DNA of 64,000 nucleotides from the human T2T-CHM13v2.0 reference genome, Homo sapiens. Under the pieces are notes generated by a model, which saw nothing but the letters and a program-made list of their open reading frames with translations, ran no database searches and was not told the DNA's origin. The stretch is taken from NCBI RefSeq assembly GCF_009914755.1, contig NC_060932.1. One strand, written 5' to 3'. The position numbers and the translations under genes were made by a program. This document shows positions 53,609 to 64,000 of the stretch, in pieces (position 1 is the stretch's first letter; every line of letters starts with the position of its first letter).

Positions 53609-55164
53609 CCTATCTCTCAGATGATGCTGTCACTGTTTGTTCCATAATTCACATCGGATTTATCAAGCCAGCAGTTTGTAATGGAATTTGCAAAAAAAAA
53701 AAAAAAAAATCAAGTAGCAAGTCTCATACCACACTCCTTTCCCTGTAAAACAAATTCTTAAGTCAAAAGCAATATTTGTGGAATACCATCTTGGCAAGTA
53801 AAGAATTCTGAATGTCCACAGAGGACAATGCTGGCAGGAACATGTGGGCAAAGGAAGAAAAATTATATTTGAAAATCATCTCTTTCCTCATGAAAACATC
53901 ACTGTTCCCTATGGGATGGAATTTGTCCAGTAGTTCCTACTACCCCTGGGAGGCTGGCTGCCCCCATCTGTAATTCCCAGGGAGTTGCAATATGTCAGGG
54001 ACTCTGTGCTGGCCTCTGCTGTTAGCACTTAGTGAAAGTGGTAACCAGACCTGTTTTGGTGAGAGGAGGTCTCTGTTATCGAACCCCTGCATGGCCTCCA
54101 CCCCTGCCTGGAATGATGAGTAAATCCATTGCATAAGTGCTGGGAAGGGCAGGGAACAGAAGCTTGGTGACATCCACAGCTCGGTTGTCTTTCCATCCTC
54201 ATCTGTTCCACCTGATAAAAGGGCATCTGCCTTACCACAGATACCTGCTGAGGGGTGGTCCCAGGATCATGGACATCCTCACACTCTGTGCCCAGTCTGA
54301 GTAACTCATCCATCAGGTCTTTCCCGGTCCTTGCCCTTAATCTTCCAATCTTTCTTTTTCTGGGTCCTTGATCAATGAGGCAAACCATATGTATGCCTAT
54401 GCCCCTGCCTCACACCACTTCTCTCTCCACACGCAGTGGACATTATTCTGTACTCTTGCAAATTTCCACTCTCCACTGTATTCCAAGGCACTCTCCTGAG
54501 TGGGCCTCAAATGCATCACTTTCTATTTTGTCATATGTTCACAACCAAGCTGATTGATCTGTGAACCAAGCTTGGTCATTTCTTTATCCATCACCCCCGC
54601 AACACACACACCAAGAGGCAGAGTCCTGGTGGACAGTGAGAGATACAGGGCCTGGGACACTTGCTAATGCATCTTACTCTGTTCTGACTCTGCCCATTTC
54701 TCATCAAGGAGGTACCTCCTTTGTCTTTATATGGATTACTGTTGTGCCCAAATGATATTATGACTTGATGGCTTTGATATAGCTCAGCTCATGATGGGCG
54801 AATTTTGGCCACAAGGTTATTTAGTGCCCCATGGTCAGGCACTTCATATCTGTTAGGTCCAGTAGCATGTCAAAAATTGCTTTGTTTTTTTTTTTAATGT
54901 ATAATTCTCTTCTGCATATGGCTTGACCTTACTTCAATACCCTAAAGGTAAATGTTATAATTTTGCGTTTGGGCCTTGCTCAGGAGGCCTTGAGGGATGA
55001 TAAAATAATTAGAGTCTAATATGGTTGGATTAACAGGACATGTGTCCCAAATGATAGGACTAGCTGCACAGTAGTCTGGATCTTTTACAGAGCCCTTTTC
55101 TTCTTTAAGTCCTATTAAAAGTGGGTAATCCCGCCAAAGTGGGGGATCTTTTGGGTAATACAGC

Positions 55165-55550
55165 TAATGCACCTGGTTCCCAGGAAGATGACTCTGAGCT
55201 GGAGGTCTGTATGCATGAAATTCACTGGGGAGAATTCTTGGGATAACACTTCGAGAGGAGTGAAGAAAATGGGATTAGGCAGAGACAAATTGTTAAATTG
55301 TGATTTTAGTTGCAAAAAAGCTCTCAGCAAATCTTTCAGGGAGTTCTACATCTGGGATAGACTTTCAGACTTAAATTGGTGCAAGGGGTACAGGCCTATA
55401 TGTTTTTATGGAGGTATCCACTGTAAGCACACATGCTCTATATAGGGGACATAACCTTGGTCAAGGAGGCTCTGTTCAGTTAAAGGCAAATCCCCAAAGA
55501 CGAATCAGCTGAGAGCTGTCAAAGGCCGAGGGAATAAGTGTTTAATCTTG
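55165..55550 (-). mobile_element. LTR16-like ERVL LTR
   Basis: ggttcccaggaagatgactctgag...cttgggataacac...ggattaggcagag...ggggacataaccttgg. Confidence 0.6.
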
Positions 55551-55572
55551 GAGGTGGAGGGGTGGAGGCATT

Positions 55573-55770
55573 AGATTTGCCAAATTTACCAATAAAAATA
55601 CAAGGTGCTCAGTTTAATATGAATTTCAGATTAAAAAAACATAAATATATAATATTTAATCTTTGGGACATATTTATAACTAAAAAACTATCTGTGTATA
55701 TCTAAAATGTAAATCAAATTTGGTGTCAAACAAAAAGTTTTTTATTTCATCTAGAACAGGCAGGCAACAG
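55573..55770. mobile_element. MER53 (hAT MITE, near-palindromic), degenerate
   Basis: ttgccaaattt...aataaaaataca...gaatttcagat...tgggacatat...ggcaac. Confidence 0.65.
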
Positions 55771-55833
55771 AGTAAGATATTACTGCTCTAGCAAAATTTA
55801 TTATTTTAATGTGAACAATATGTAATAAATACC

Positions 55834-56228
55834 TGACATAGATTGAATTGTGTGCCCCTAAGATTCCTATGTTGAAACCCTAACCCATAGGACCTCAGAA
55901 TGGGACTGTATTGGAGACAAGAACTTTAAGGATGTAATTAAGAGTTAATGAGATCCTAAGGGTGGGGTCTCAATCCAAGGCCCATTTAAGAAGAGGAAAA
56001 GACACCAGATATCACTCTCTCTCTCTCTCCAGGCATGAACAGAGAAACGACCACGTGTAGTGGAATTATGTGGCCATCTGCAAGCCAGAAAGAAGTGTCT
56101 GCCTCGTCAGACACCCTGGCACCTTGATCCTGGACTTCCAGCCTCCAGAACTGTGAGAAATACATTTCTGTTGTTTAAGCCACCCAGTCTGTGGTATTCT
56201 GTTTTGGCAACTCAAGCAGACTAATACA
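55834..56228 (+). mobile_element. MLT1B-like MaLR solo LTR
   Basis: tg...gacttccagcctccagaactgtgagaaata...gactaataca and TSD atacc/atatc. Confidence 0.85.
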
Positions 56229-56846
56229 ATATCCTTCCCCAATTAAGCAGTTAATTGTAAAACAAACAAGCAAGCAAACACAGTTGCTAACTAAATATTT
56301 CACTGACACAATAGAAAATAAAGTCATTGATACCCCTGTATTGGTCACTGTCACTAATATGGAAATTCATGTATACATAATAAAAAAGACAAATGATCTT
56401 TTGTATTAAATGAATACTAAGGCAAGCAAAGAGTAAAACACTTATTATAGAAGTTAGAGTTCTAGACAAAATGTTTATTGAATTTGTTTCATAAGCCATT
56501 AAAGTTTTCAGAAAGAGCTGAATAAACAGCAGCAAAGCTTTAATAAATTGAAATTTTCCATGAGAAAAAGCTAAAATTGGGATTCAAACAGAGATGGTGG
56601 ACAAAACCTGTCCTGACCAGTTCTTTCAAGCCTGTTCATGCCAAAGAAATGTTTCTCATCAGAGTGTTTTCTTCTAACATAATTGGAATAAGTAATTTTA
56701 AAATACTATAATGGGGAGTTTTAAATTTTGTAACTAATTATATTTTATTTGCACATTATATTTTATTTGCAATTATATTTTTATTTCCTAAAATAGTGTC
56801 TCTGAATATATTCTTAGTGGTCTAAATTTTCAATATAAATTTTTTT

Positions 56847-59800
56847 CCGAGACTTTGCTGAGTTGCATATCAGCTTAAGCAGATTTTGGGCTGAGACGAT
56901 GGGGTTTTCTAAATACACAATAACGTAAGTAAAAATAACAATTTTACTTCCTGTCTTCCTATTTGAATACGCTTTATTTCTTTCTCTTGCCTAACTGCCC
57001 TGGCCAGAGCTTCTAATACTATGTTGAATAGGAGTGGTGACAGAGGGCATCCCTGTCTCGTGCCAGTTTTCAAAGGGAATGCTTCCAGTTTTTGCCCATT
57101 CAGTATGATATTGGCTGTGGGTTTGTCATAAATAGCTCTTATTCTTATTATTTTGAGATATGTTCCATTGATACCTAGTTTATTGAGAGCTTTTAGCATG
57201 AAGGAGTGTTGAACTTTGTCGAAGGCCTTTTCTGCATCTATTGAGATAATCATATGGTTTTGGTCATTGGTTCTGTTTATGTGATGGATTACATTTATTG
57301 ATTTGTGTATGTTGAACCAGCCCTCCATCCCATGGATGAAGCCGACTTGATCATGGTGGATAAGCTTTTTGATGTGCTGCTGGATTCGGTTTGCCAGTAG
57401 TTAATTGAAGATTTTCACATTGATGTTCATCAGGACTATTGGCCTGAAATTTTCTTTTTTCGTTGTGTCTCTGCCGGGTTTTGTTATCAGACTGATGCTG
57501 GCATCATAAAATGAACTAGGGAGGATTCCCTCTTTTTCTATTGTTTGGAATAATTTCAGAAATAATGGTATCAGATCCTCTTTGTACATCTGGTAGTATT
57601 CGGCTGTGAATCCATCTGGTCCTGGACTTTTTTTGATTGGTAGGCTATTAATTACTGTCTCAATTTCAGAACTTGTTATTGGTCTATTCAGGGATTCGAC
57701 TTCTTCCTGGTTTAAACTTGGGAGGGTGTATGCGTCCAGGAATTTACCCATTTCTTCTAGATTTTCTAGTTTATTTACATAGAAGTGTTTATATTATTCT
57801 CTGATGGTAGTTTGTATTTCTGTGGGATCAATGGTGATATCCTCTGTTATCTTTTATACTGAGTCTATTTGATTCTTCGCTCTTTTCTTCTTTATTAGTC
57901 TGGCTAGTGGTCTATCTAGTTTGTTGATCTTTTAAAAAAAACAGCTCCTGGATTCATTGATTTTTTTAAACGGTTTTTCGTGTCTCTAACTCCTTCAGTT
58001 CTGCTCTGATTTTAGTTATTCCTTGTCTTTGACTAGTTTCTGAATTTGTTTTCTGTTGCTTCTCTAGTTCTTTTAACTTTGATGTTAGGGTGTCAATTTT
58101 AGATCTTTCCTGCTTTCTCTTGTGGACATTTAGTGCCATAAATTTCCCTCTACAGACTGCTTTAAATGTGTCCCAGAGATTCTGGTATGTTCTACCTTCA
58201 TTCTAATTGGTTTCAAAGAACATCTTCATTTCTGCCTTCATTTTATTATTTACCCAGTAGTCATTCAGGAGCAGGTGGTTCAGTTTCCATGTAGTTGTGC
58301 AGTTTTGAGTGAGTTTCTTAATCCTGAGTTCTAATTTGATTGCACTGTGTTCTGAGAGACTGTTTGCTATGATTTCCGTTCTTTTGCATTTGCTGAGGAG
58401 TGTTTTACTTTCAATTATGTGGTCAATTTTAGAATAAGTGTGATGAGGTGCTGACAAGCATTCCTATATAGCAATAACAGACAAACAGAGAACCAAATCA
58501 TGAGTGAACTCCCATTCACAATTGTTACTAAGAGAATAAAATACCTAGGAATACAACATACAAGGGATATGAAAGACTTCTTCAAGGAGAACTACGAACC
58601 ACTGCTGAAGGAAATAAGAGAGGACACAAACAAATGGAAAAACATTCCATGCTCATGGATAGGAAGAATCAGTATTGTGAAAATGGCCATACTGCCCACA
58701 GTAATTTGTAGATTCAATGCTATCCCCATCAAGCTACTAGTGACTTTCTCTACAGAATTGGAAGAAACTACTTTAAACTTCATATGGAACCAAAAACGAG
58801 CCAAGACAATCCTAAGCCAAAATAACAAAGCTGGAGGCATCACACTACCTGACTTCAAACTATATTACAAGGCTACAGTAACAAAAAGAGCATGGTACTG
58901 GTACCAAAACAGATATATAGACCATCGGAACAGAACAGAGGCCTCAGAAATAACACCACACATCTACAACCATCTGATCTTTCAAAAATCTGATACAAAC
59001 AACCAATGGGGAAAAGATTCCCTGTTTAATAAATGGTGTTGGGAAACTGGCTAGCCATATGCAAAAAACTGAAACTGGACCTCCTTCCTTACACCTTTTA
59101 CAAAAAGCCACTCAAGATGAATTAAAGACTTAAACTTAAGACCTAAAACCATAAAATTCCTAGAAGAAAACTTGGGCAATACCATTCAGGACGTAAGCAC
59201 GGGCAAAGACTTCATGACTAAAACACCAAAAGCAATGGCAACAAAAGCCAAAACTGACAAGTGGGATCTAATTAAACTAAAGAGCTTCTGCACAGCAAAA
59301 GAAACTACCATCAGAGTGAACAGGCAACCTACAGAATGGGAGAAAATTTTGGCAATCTATCCATCTGAGAAAGGGCTAATATCCAGAGTCTACAAAGAAC
59401 TTAAACAAATTTACAAGAAAAACAAACAACCCAATCAAAAAGTGGGCAAAGGATATGAACGGACACTTCTCAAAAGAAGACTTTTATGCAGCCAACAAAT
59501 ATATGAAAAAAAGTTCATCAGCACTGGTCATTAGAGAAATGCAAATCAAAACCACAATGAAATACCATCTCACACCAGTTAGAATGGTGATCATTAAAAT
59601 GTCAGGAAACAACAGATGCTGGAGAGGATGTGGAGAAATAGGAGCGCTTTTACATTGTTGGTGGGAGTGTAAACTAGTTCAACCATTGTGGAAGACAGTA
59701 TGGCGATTCCTCAAGGATCTAGAACTAGAAATACCATTTGACCCAGCAATCCCATTACTGGGTATATACCCAAAGGATTATAAATCATTCTACTATAAGG

Positions 59801-60294
59801 ACACATGCACACGTATGTTTATTGTGGCACTATTCACAATAGCAAAGACTTGGAACAAACCCAAAAGCCCATCAATGATAGACTGGATTAAGAAAATGTA
59901 GCACATATACACCATGGAATGCTATGCAACCATAAAAAAGTATGAGTTCATATCTTTTGCAGGGACATGGATGAAGCTGGAAACCATCATTCTCAGCAAA
60001 CTATCACAAGAACAGAAAATCAAATACCACATATTCTCACTCATGAATGGGAGTTGAAACAAGAGTTCACATGGACACAGGGAGGGGAACATCACACCCT
60101 GGGGCTTGTCTGAGGGTAGGGGCCTAGGGGAGGGATAGCATTAATAGAAATACCTAATGTAGATGACGGGTCGATGGGTGCAGCAAACCACCATGGCACG
60201 TGTATACCTATGTAACAAAACTGCACGTTCTGCACAGGTACCCTAGAACTTAAAGCATAATAATAATTAAAACATTTAAAAATTTAAAAAAAAA
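56847..60294 (+). mobile_element. L1PA7-type, 5'-truncated and 5'-inverted (56847-58454 antisense; 58454-60294 sense)
   Basis: Minus-strand ORF2 pieces (ORFs 56909-57328, 57401-57751, 58203-58457) followed by plus-strand ORF2 (58500-59901), a PA7-type 3'UTR and an A-rich tail. Confidence 0.93.
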
Positions 60295-60319
60295 TTTCCC
60301 CTTTTTTGGTCACTAATCT

Positions 60320-60332
60320 TGTGTGTGTGTGT

Positions 60333-60366
<34 letters not shown>
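60320..60366. repeat. (TG)n microsatellite
   Basis: Directly visible. Confidence 0.95.
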
Positions 60367-60368
<2 letters not shown>

Positions 60369-61980
60369 ACCTGTTCCAGCTCATTTCAACAACCATTTCT
60401 TACTTGAACACTGCGATGCAGCATGCGCATTTGTATTCCATGATTGGATTGGTGCCCAATGATCACCTAACTCTAAAATGTTTTATTTTAATGTTATGTC
60501 CCTTAAGTGGGAGTAGAGGACTCTCAGGATTCTAAAGAGGGGGATCTAGTACTTCTCAAACACTGAATATTTCTACTTGTCTTTGGCAAAACAATCTCAC
60601 TGTCTCTGTTAGCTTCCTCAATTGTAGGCATAAATTTATGGAAAAGATTGTTGGTCAAATGGGCATCATGATGTCTGCTTCTAGGAATTTTAAAAAGCAT
60701 ATGAAGATACTAATTTAGTCTGGTATCTCCATCTTCACAGCAGTGAATAAAGGACTTTTATAACCTTTGTACAATTTTTCAAAAAGATTATTGTGCATCT
60801 TAACAGAACATCACGCATTAATCCTTAATGCACTTTGAAATACAAAAGATTTAAAAAGAGCTACAGAAGAGGAATATAATCCTTAGGAAAGAGTAAAAAC
60901 AAGACAAAGAAGATTAAAGGAGGCATATTCAGATGAATAACAATTTGCACTGAAGTATCATTAATTGCAGATGGTTAAGGTGAGTTTAGCATGGGCTGCA
61001 ATAGAAACTAGAATGATTTAAGATAGGCCAATATAGTTCCAACTGGAGTGAAAGGAATTCAAATTTTGCAGTCATTGAAAACCAGAGGCTAAAAAATGTA
61101 AATAGATACTTTTGTAATCAATTATAATTACTTAATTATGAAAATTATATATGTTCTAAATTACAAATGAAAACTCTATATAAGCATATTGAGATGAAAT
61201 TGTAGGCACTGTGAATAAAGGATGATTAAAGAGGTCTCAGAGAAAATAAATTGGGGTTGGTAGAAAGGTTTTTATTTGTCTTTCTGGGGCAAAGCCAATG
61301 GGAAGAGTAACACAGAAAAGTGAAAAATCATCTCAAATCTGCCATGGGTCTGACTACTTGATCTGTGGCTATGAGCCTTTAGAGGCCAGGGAATAGCATA
61401 CTGTGGCATAATTTCTCATGAGTGTCCCTCAGGTTGGATGCTGTTCCTCTCTCTTCCTCGTTGGCATGTTCAGTAATATTAAGGGATGACAAAAACTTTA
61501 AAAGTGACTCTCACCTCTTGTGTTTTCTGCCACTACTCACCCTTTTTACCCAAGAAGAGTTCCGAGATATGGCTATGCCTTTAAAACTTCACAGAAAATG
61601 TTGCTGCATTTCACTCATAAATACATCTGCAAAACAGTATAGAAGGGTGTAGTGAGTTTATTTCCTTGTAGGAAAGATCAAATCTCACTCTCCTAAGAAA
61701 GCTTCTTGATAAATTAACATGGGCATCACCCCAGCAGTCACAAAAGAAATCAGGATTAAATGAAAATTAATAACCATCTAATGATATGCCCTATTCATTG
61801 ACATATGAAGTATGACTGCAACTTTCAGATAAAGTTATCACCTTTGTAATCTCTTAAGTATCTAAATTAGTAAAGAGGAGAGGATAGTGTTTACTAGTTA
61901 ATAACATAAATATGTGTTTGGCTTTAGGATGACTGTTCACTTTAGCCATCCTTTTGCTTTGGAAAAGAATCTTTTTTGAA

Positions 61981-62316
61981 GTAGGGTGGGAGGGTCCTAG
62001 TTCAATATGACTTTTAAAAGGAGGAAATTTTGACACAGAGACAGACACACACAGAGGGAAGATTATGTGAAGACACACAAAGAGAAAGCCATGTGAAGAT
62101 TGGAGTGAGGCTACCAAAAGCCAAGAAACAATTGGGGCTACCAGAAGCTGGAACAGGGAAGGAAGATTCTTCCTCTAAGATGTCCCAGGGAGCATGGCTC
62201 TGCCAACACCTTGATTTCAGACTTCTGAACTCAAGAATTGTGAGACAAAAAGTTTCTGTTGTTTTAAAAAAATCTGTTTTTTGGTACTTTGTTATGGCAG
62301 TTTTAGGGAACTAATA
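61981..62316 (+). mobile_element. MLT1C-like LTR, 5'-truncated
   Basis: gccatgtgaaga...ccagaagctgg...gggagcatggctctgccaacaccttgatttcagacttctg...ggaactaata. Confidence 0.8.
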
Positions 62317-63386
62317 AGCCTCTTAATGCTTTTCATGATGGAAAACCATGATGTTGCCTGAGTGTCTGTGGCCTACAACCAGCTGCTGTAATAAACCATA
62401 GTGCGCTGTGCTCTTGGCGCCCATCTTTCTGTTGTTTGGATGGTTCAGCATCTCCAACAAGCACATACAGGATGCTGTTTCTAAAGGGCAGCTCACTGTC
62501 CCCTTTAAACTGGAATGTAAGAGATTTCTAGCCCTTTATGGGTGAGTGCATCAAACCTCACAACTTGAGCTTACTAGTGGTCCAAAACTGATGCATTTTC
62601 TTTGTCAATTGTAAATTTAACAAGTTAGAAAAAGTCCTGATGGTTCCCTAGACAAACTCCCAAACTTACTTTTGGTTCTCTAGTTATAGATTTGCAAAAT
62701 GCTAATTTTACAAATGAACTTTGGAAAGTATTTCACAAAATCAAGGCAATGGGAGTTCACCTTATAGCACTCCCCTCACCCATTTTGATGTATGCTTTCC
62801 CCCAAGCCTTTTTGTTGACTGGATTGAGAGCACTTGCACTTCAGAAGCATTGAGAGTTCTAATGGAGCAGACTGTGGAGGAGCTGGAGGAATGGTGCACA
62901 AGTTTTTCCCTCTCACCACTTCTCCTTCCAGCATCCAATAGTCCAGTCCATAGCCCACTGGAAAAGGACAGATCCTGGCTACATAGGAAATGCAGCATTT
63001 TACATGGACATTGCATGTGCAGGCCTGTCTCTAAGCCCTTTCTCTAACCCACCTCATGCCATAACTATAACCCCTGAGGAATAATATGTAGAGTTTTGAT
63101 TGCCAATGAATTTGTTGGTGAAAATTATCTAATGGAGTATAGAACACCTTGAAAATGGGTAAAGTTTAAAAATGAGTACAGGATAGCAACCATGTATTGC
63201 TTGTTTACTGTTTACTGTACAAGAAAGGCTGTTGAAGATTCAAAGACTCTTCAAATAATTTCTCTATGAAGCAGGAGATATATAATTTTAATCACCATGT
63301 TTAGAATCAGTAAGGTAGCATTTAGTACAGTCTTCAGTAAGTACTTGGAAGTTGTAATTGTAAGCATGCTTAGATCTATCACATCC

Positions 63387-64000
63387 TCCATGTCCCTACA
63401 AAGGACATTAACGCATCATTTTTTATTGCTGCATAGTATTCCATGGTGTATATGTGCCACATTTTCTTAATCCAGTCTATCATTGTTGGACATTTGGGTT
63501 GGTTCCAGGTCTTTGCTATTGTGAATAGTGCCGCAATAAACATACGTGTGCATGTGTCTTTATAGCGGCATGATTTATAATCCTTTGGGTATATACCCAG
63601 TAATGGGAGGGCTGGGTCAAATGGTATTTCTGGTTCTAGATCCCTGAGGAATCGCCACAGTCTTCCACAACGGTTGAACCAGTTTACAGTCCCACCAACA
63701 GTGTAAAAGTGTTCCTATTTCTCCACATCCTCTCCAGTACCTGTTGTTTCCTGACTTTTGAATGATCACCATTCTAACTGGTGTGAGATGGTATCTCATT
63801 GTGGTTTTGATTTGAATTTCTCTGATGGCCAGTGATGAGCATTTTTTCATGTGTCTGTTGGCTGCATAAATGTCTTCTTTTAAGAAGTGTCTGTTCATAT
63901 CCTTCGCCCACTTGTTGATGGGTTGTTTGTTTTTTTCTTGTAAATTTGTTTGAGTTTTTGTAGATTCTGGATATTAGCCCTTTGTCAGATGAGTAGATTG
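63387..64000 (-). mobile_element. Young L1PA ORF2 3' part lacking the 3'UTR and tail; runs off the window
   Basis: Minus [25 protein letters not shown]...[18 protein letters not shown]. Homology stops at tccatgtccctacaaagg. Confidence 0.9.

Noticed and set aside
58500-59901. Long L1 ORF2-like ORFs (184, 120, 148 aa)
   Set aside because: Frameshifted fragments of a truncated, inverted L1 and not a gene. The same applies to 9378-12321.
62721-63047. 108-aa ORF in unique sequence
   Set aside because: Non-ATG start, no recognisable domain or splice context, and a length expected by chance in 64 kb.

Overview
AT-rich, repeat-dense mammalian genomic DNA. It is almost certainly human, because it carries a 5'-truncated Alu with the AluYb8/Yb9 diagnostic insertion at 50980-51073. 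I find no intact protein-coding gene, RNA gene, CpG island or CRISPR array, and nearly all ORFs in the supplied track are pieces of Alu, L1 or ERV elements. Much of the window is a layered fossil record of transposons: old L1M/L2/MIR, two decayed ERVL proviruses, solo LTRs (MER4, LTR9 x2, MLT2A, MER21, LTR1-like, MER9, THE1, MER57, MLT1), DNA transposons (MER75, Tigger2, MER2, MER53), two L1PA7-type elements that both carry inversions, and a 3'-truncated L1PA at the right edge. The unique sequence holds two candidate, convergent spliced transcription units. The + strand unit has two mutually homologous exon-like segments (14-118, 1430-1551) and a terminal exon (18762-~19065). The - strand unit ends in a well-formed poly(A) site at ~36872. 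The clearest structural oddities are a recent 189-bp templated copy of a local MER21 segment with a triplicated start (32771-33003) and an L1PA7 with an intact 5' end plus an internal inversion. Repeat subfamily names come from recalled consensus sequences, not a database search, and boundaries of old elements are approximate. I do not see solid evidence of a new biological system; the duplicated-exon locus is the best lead.
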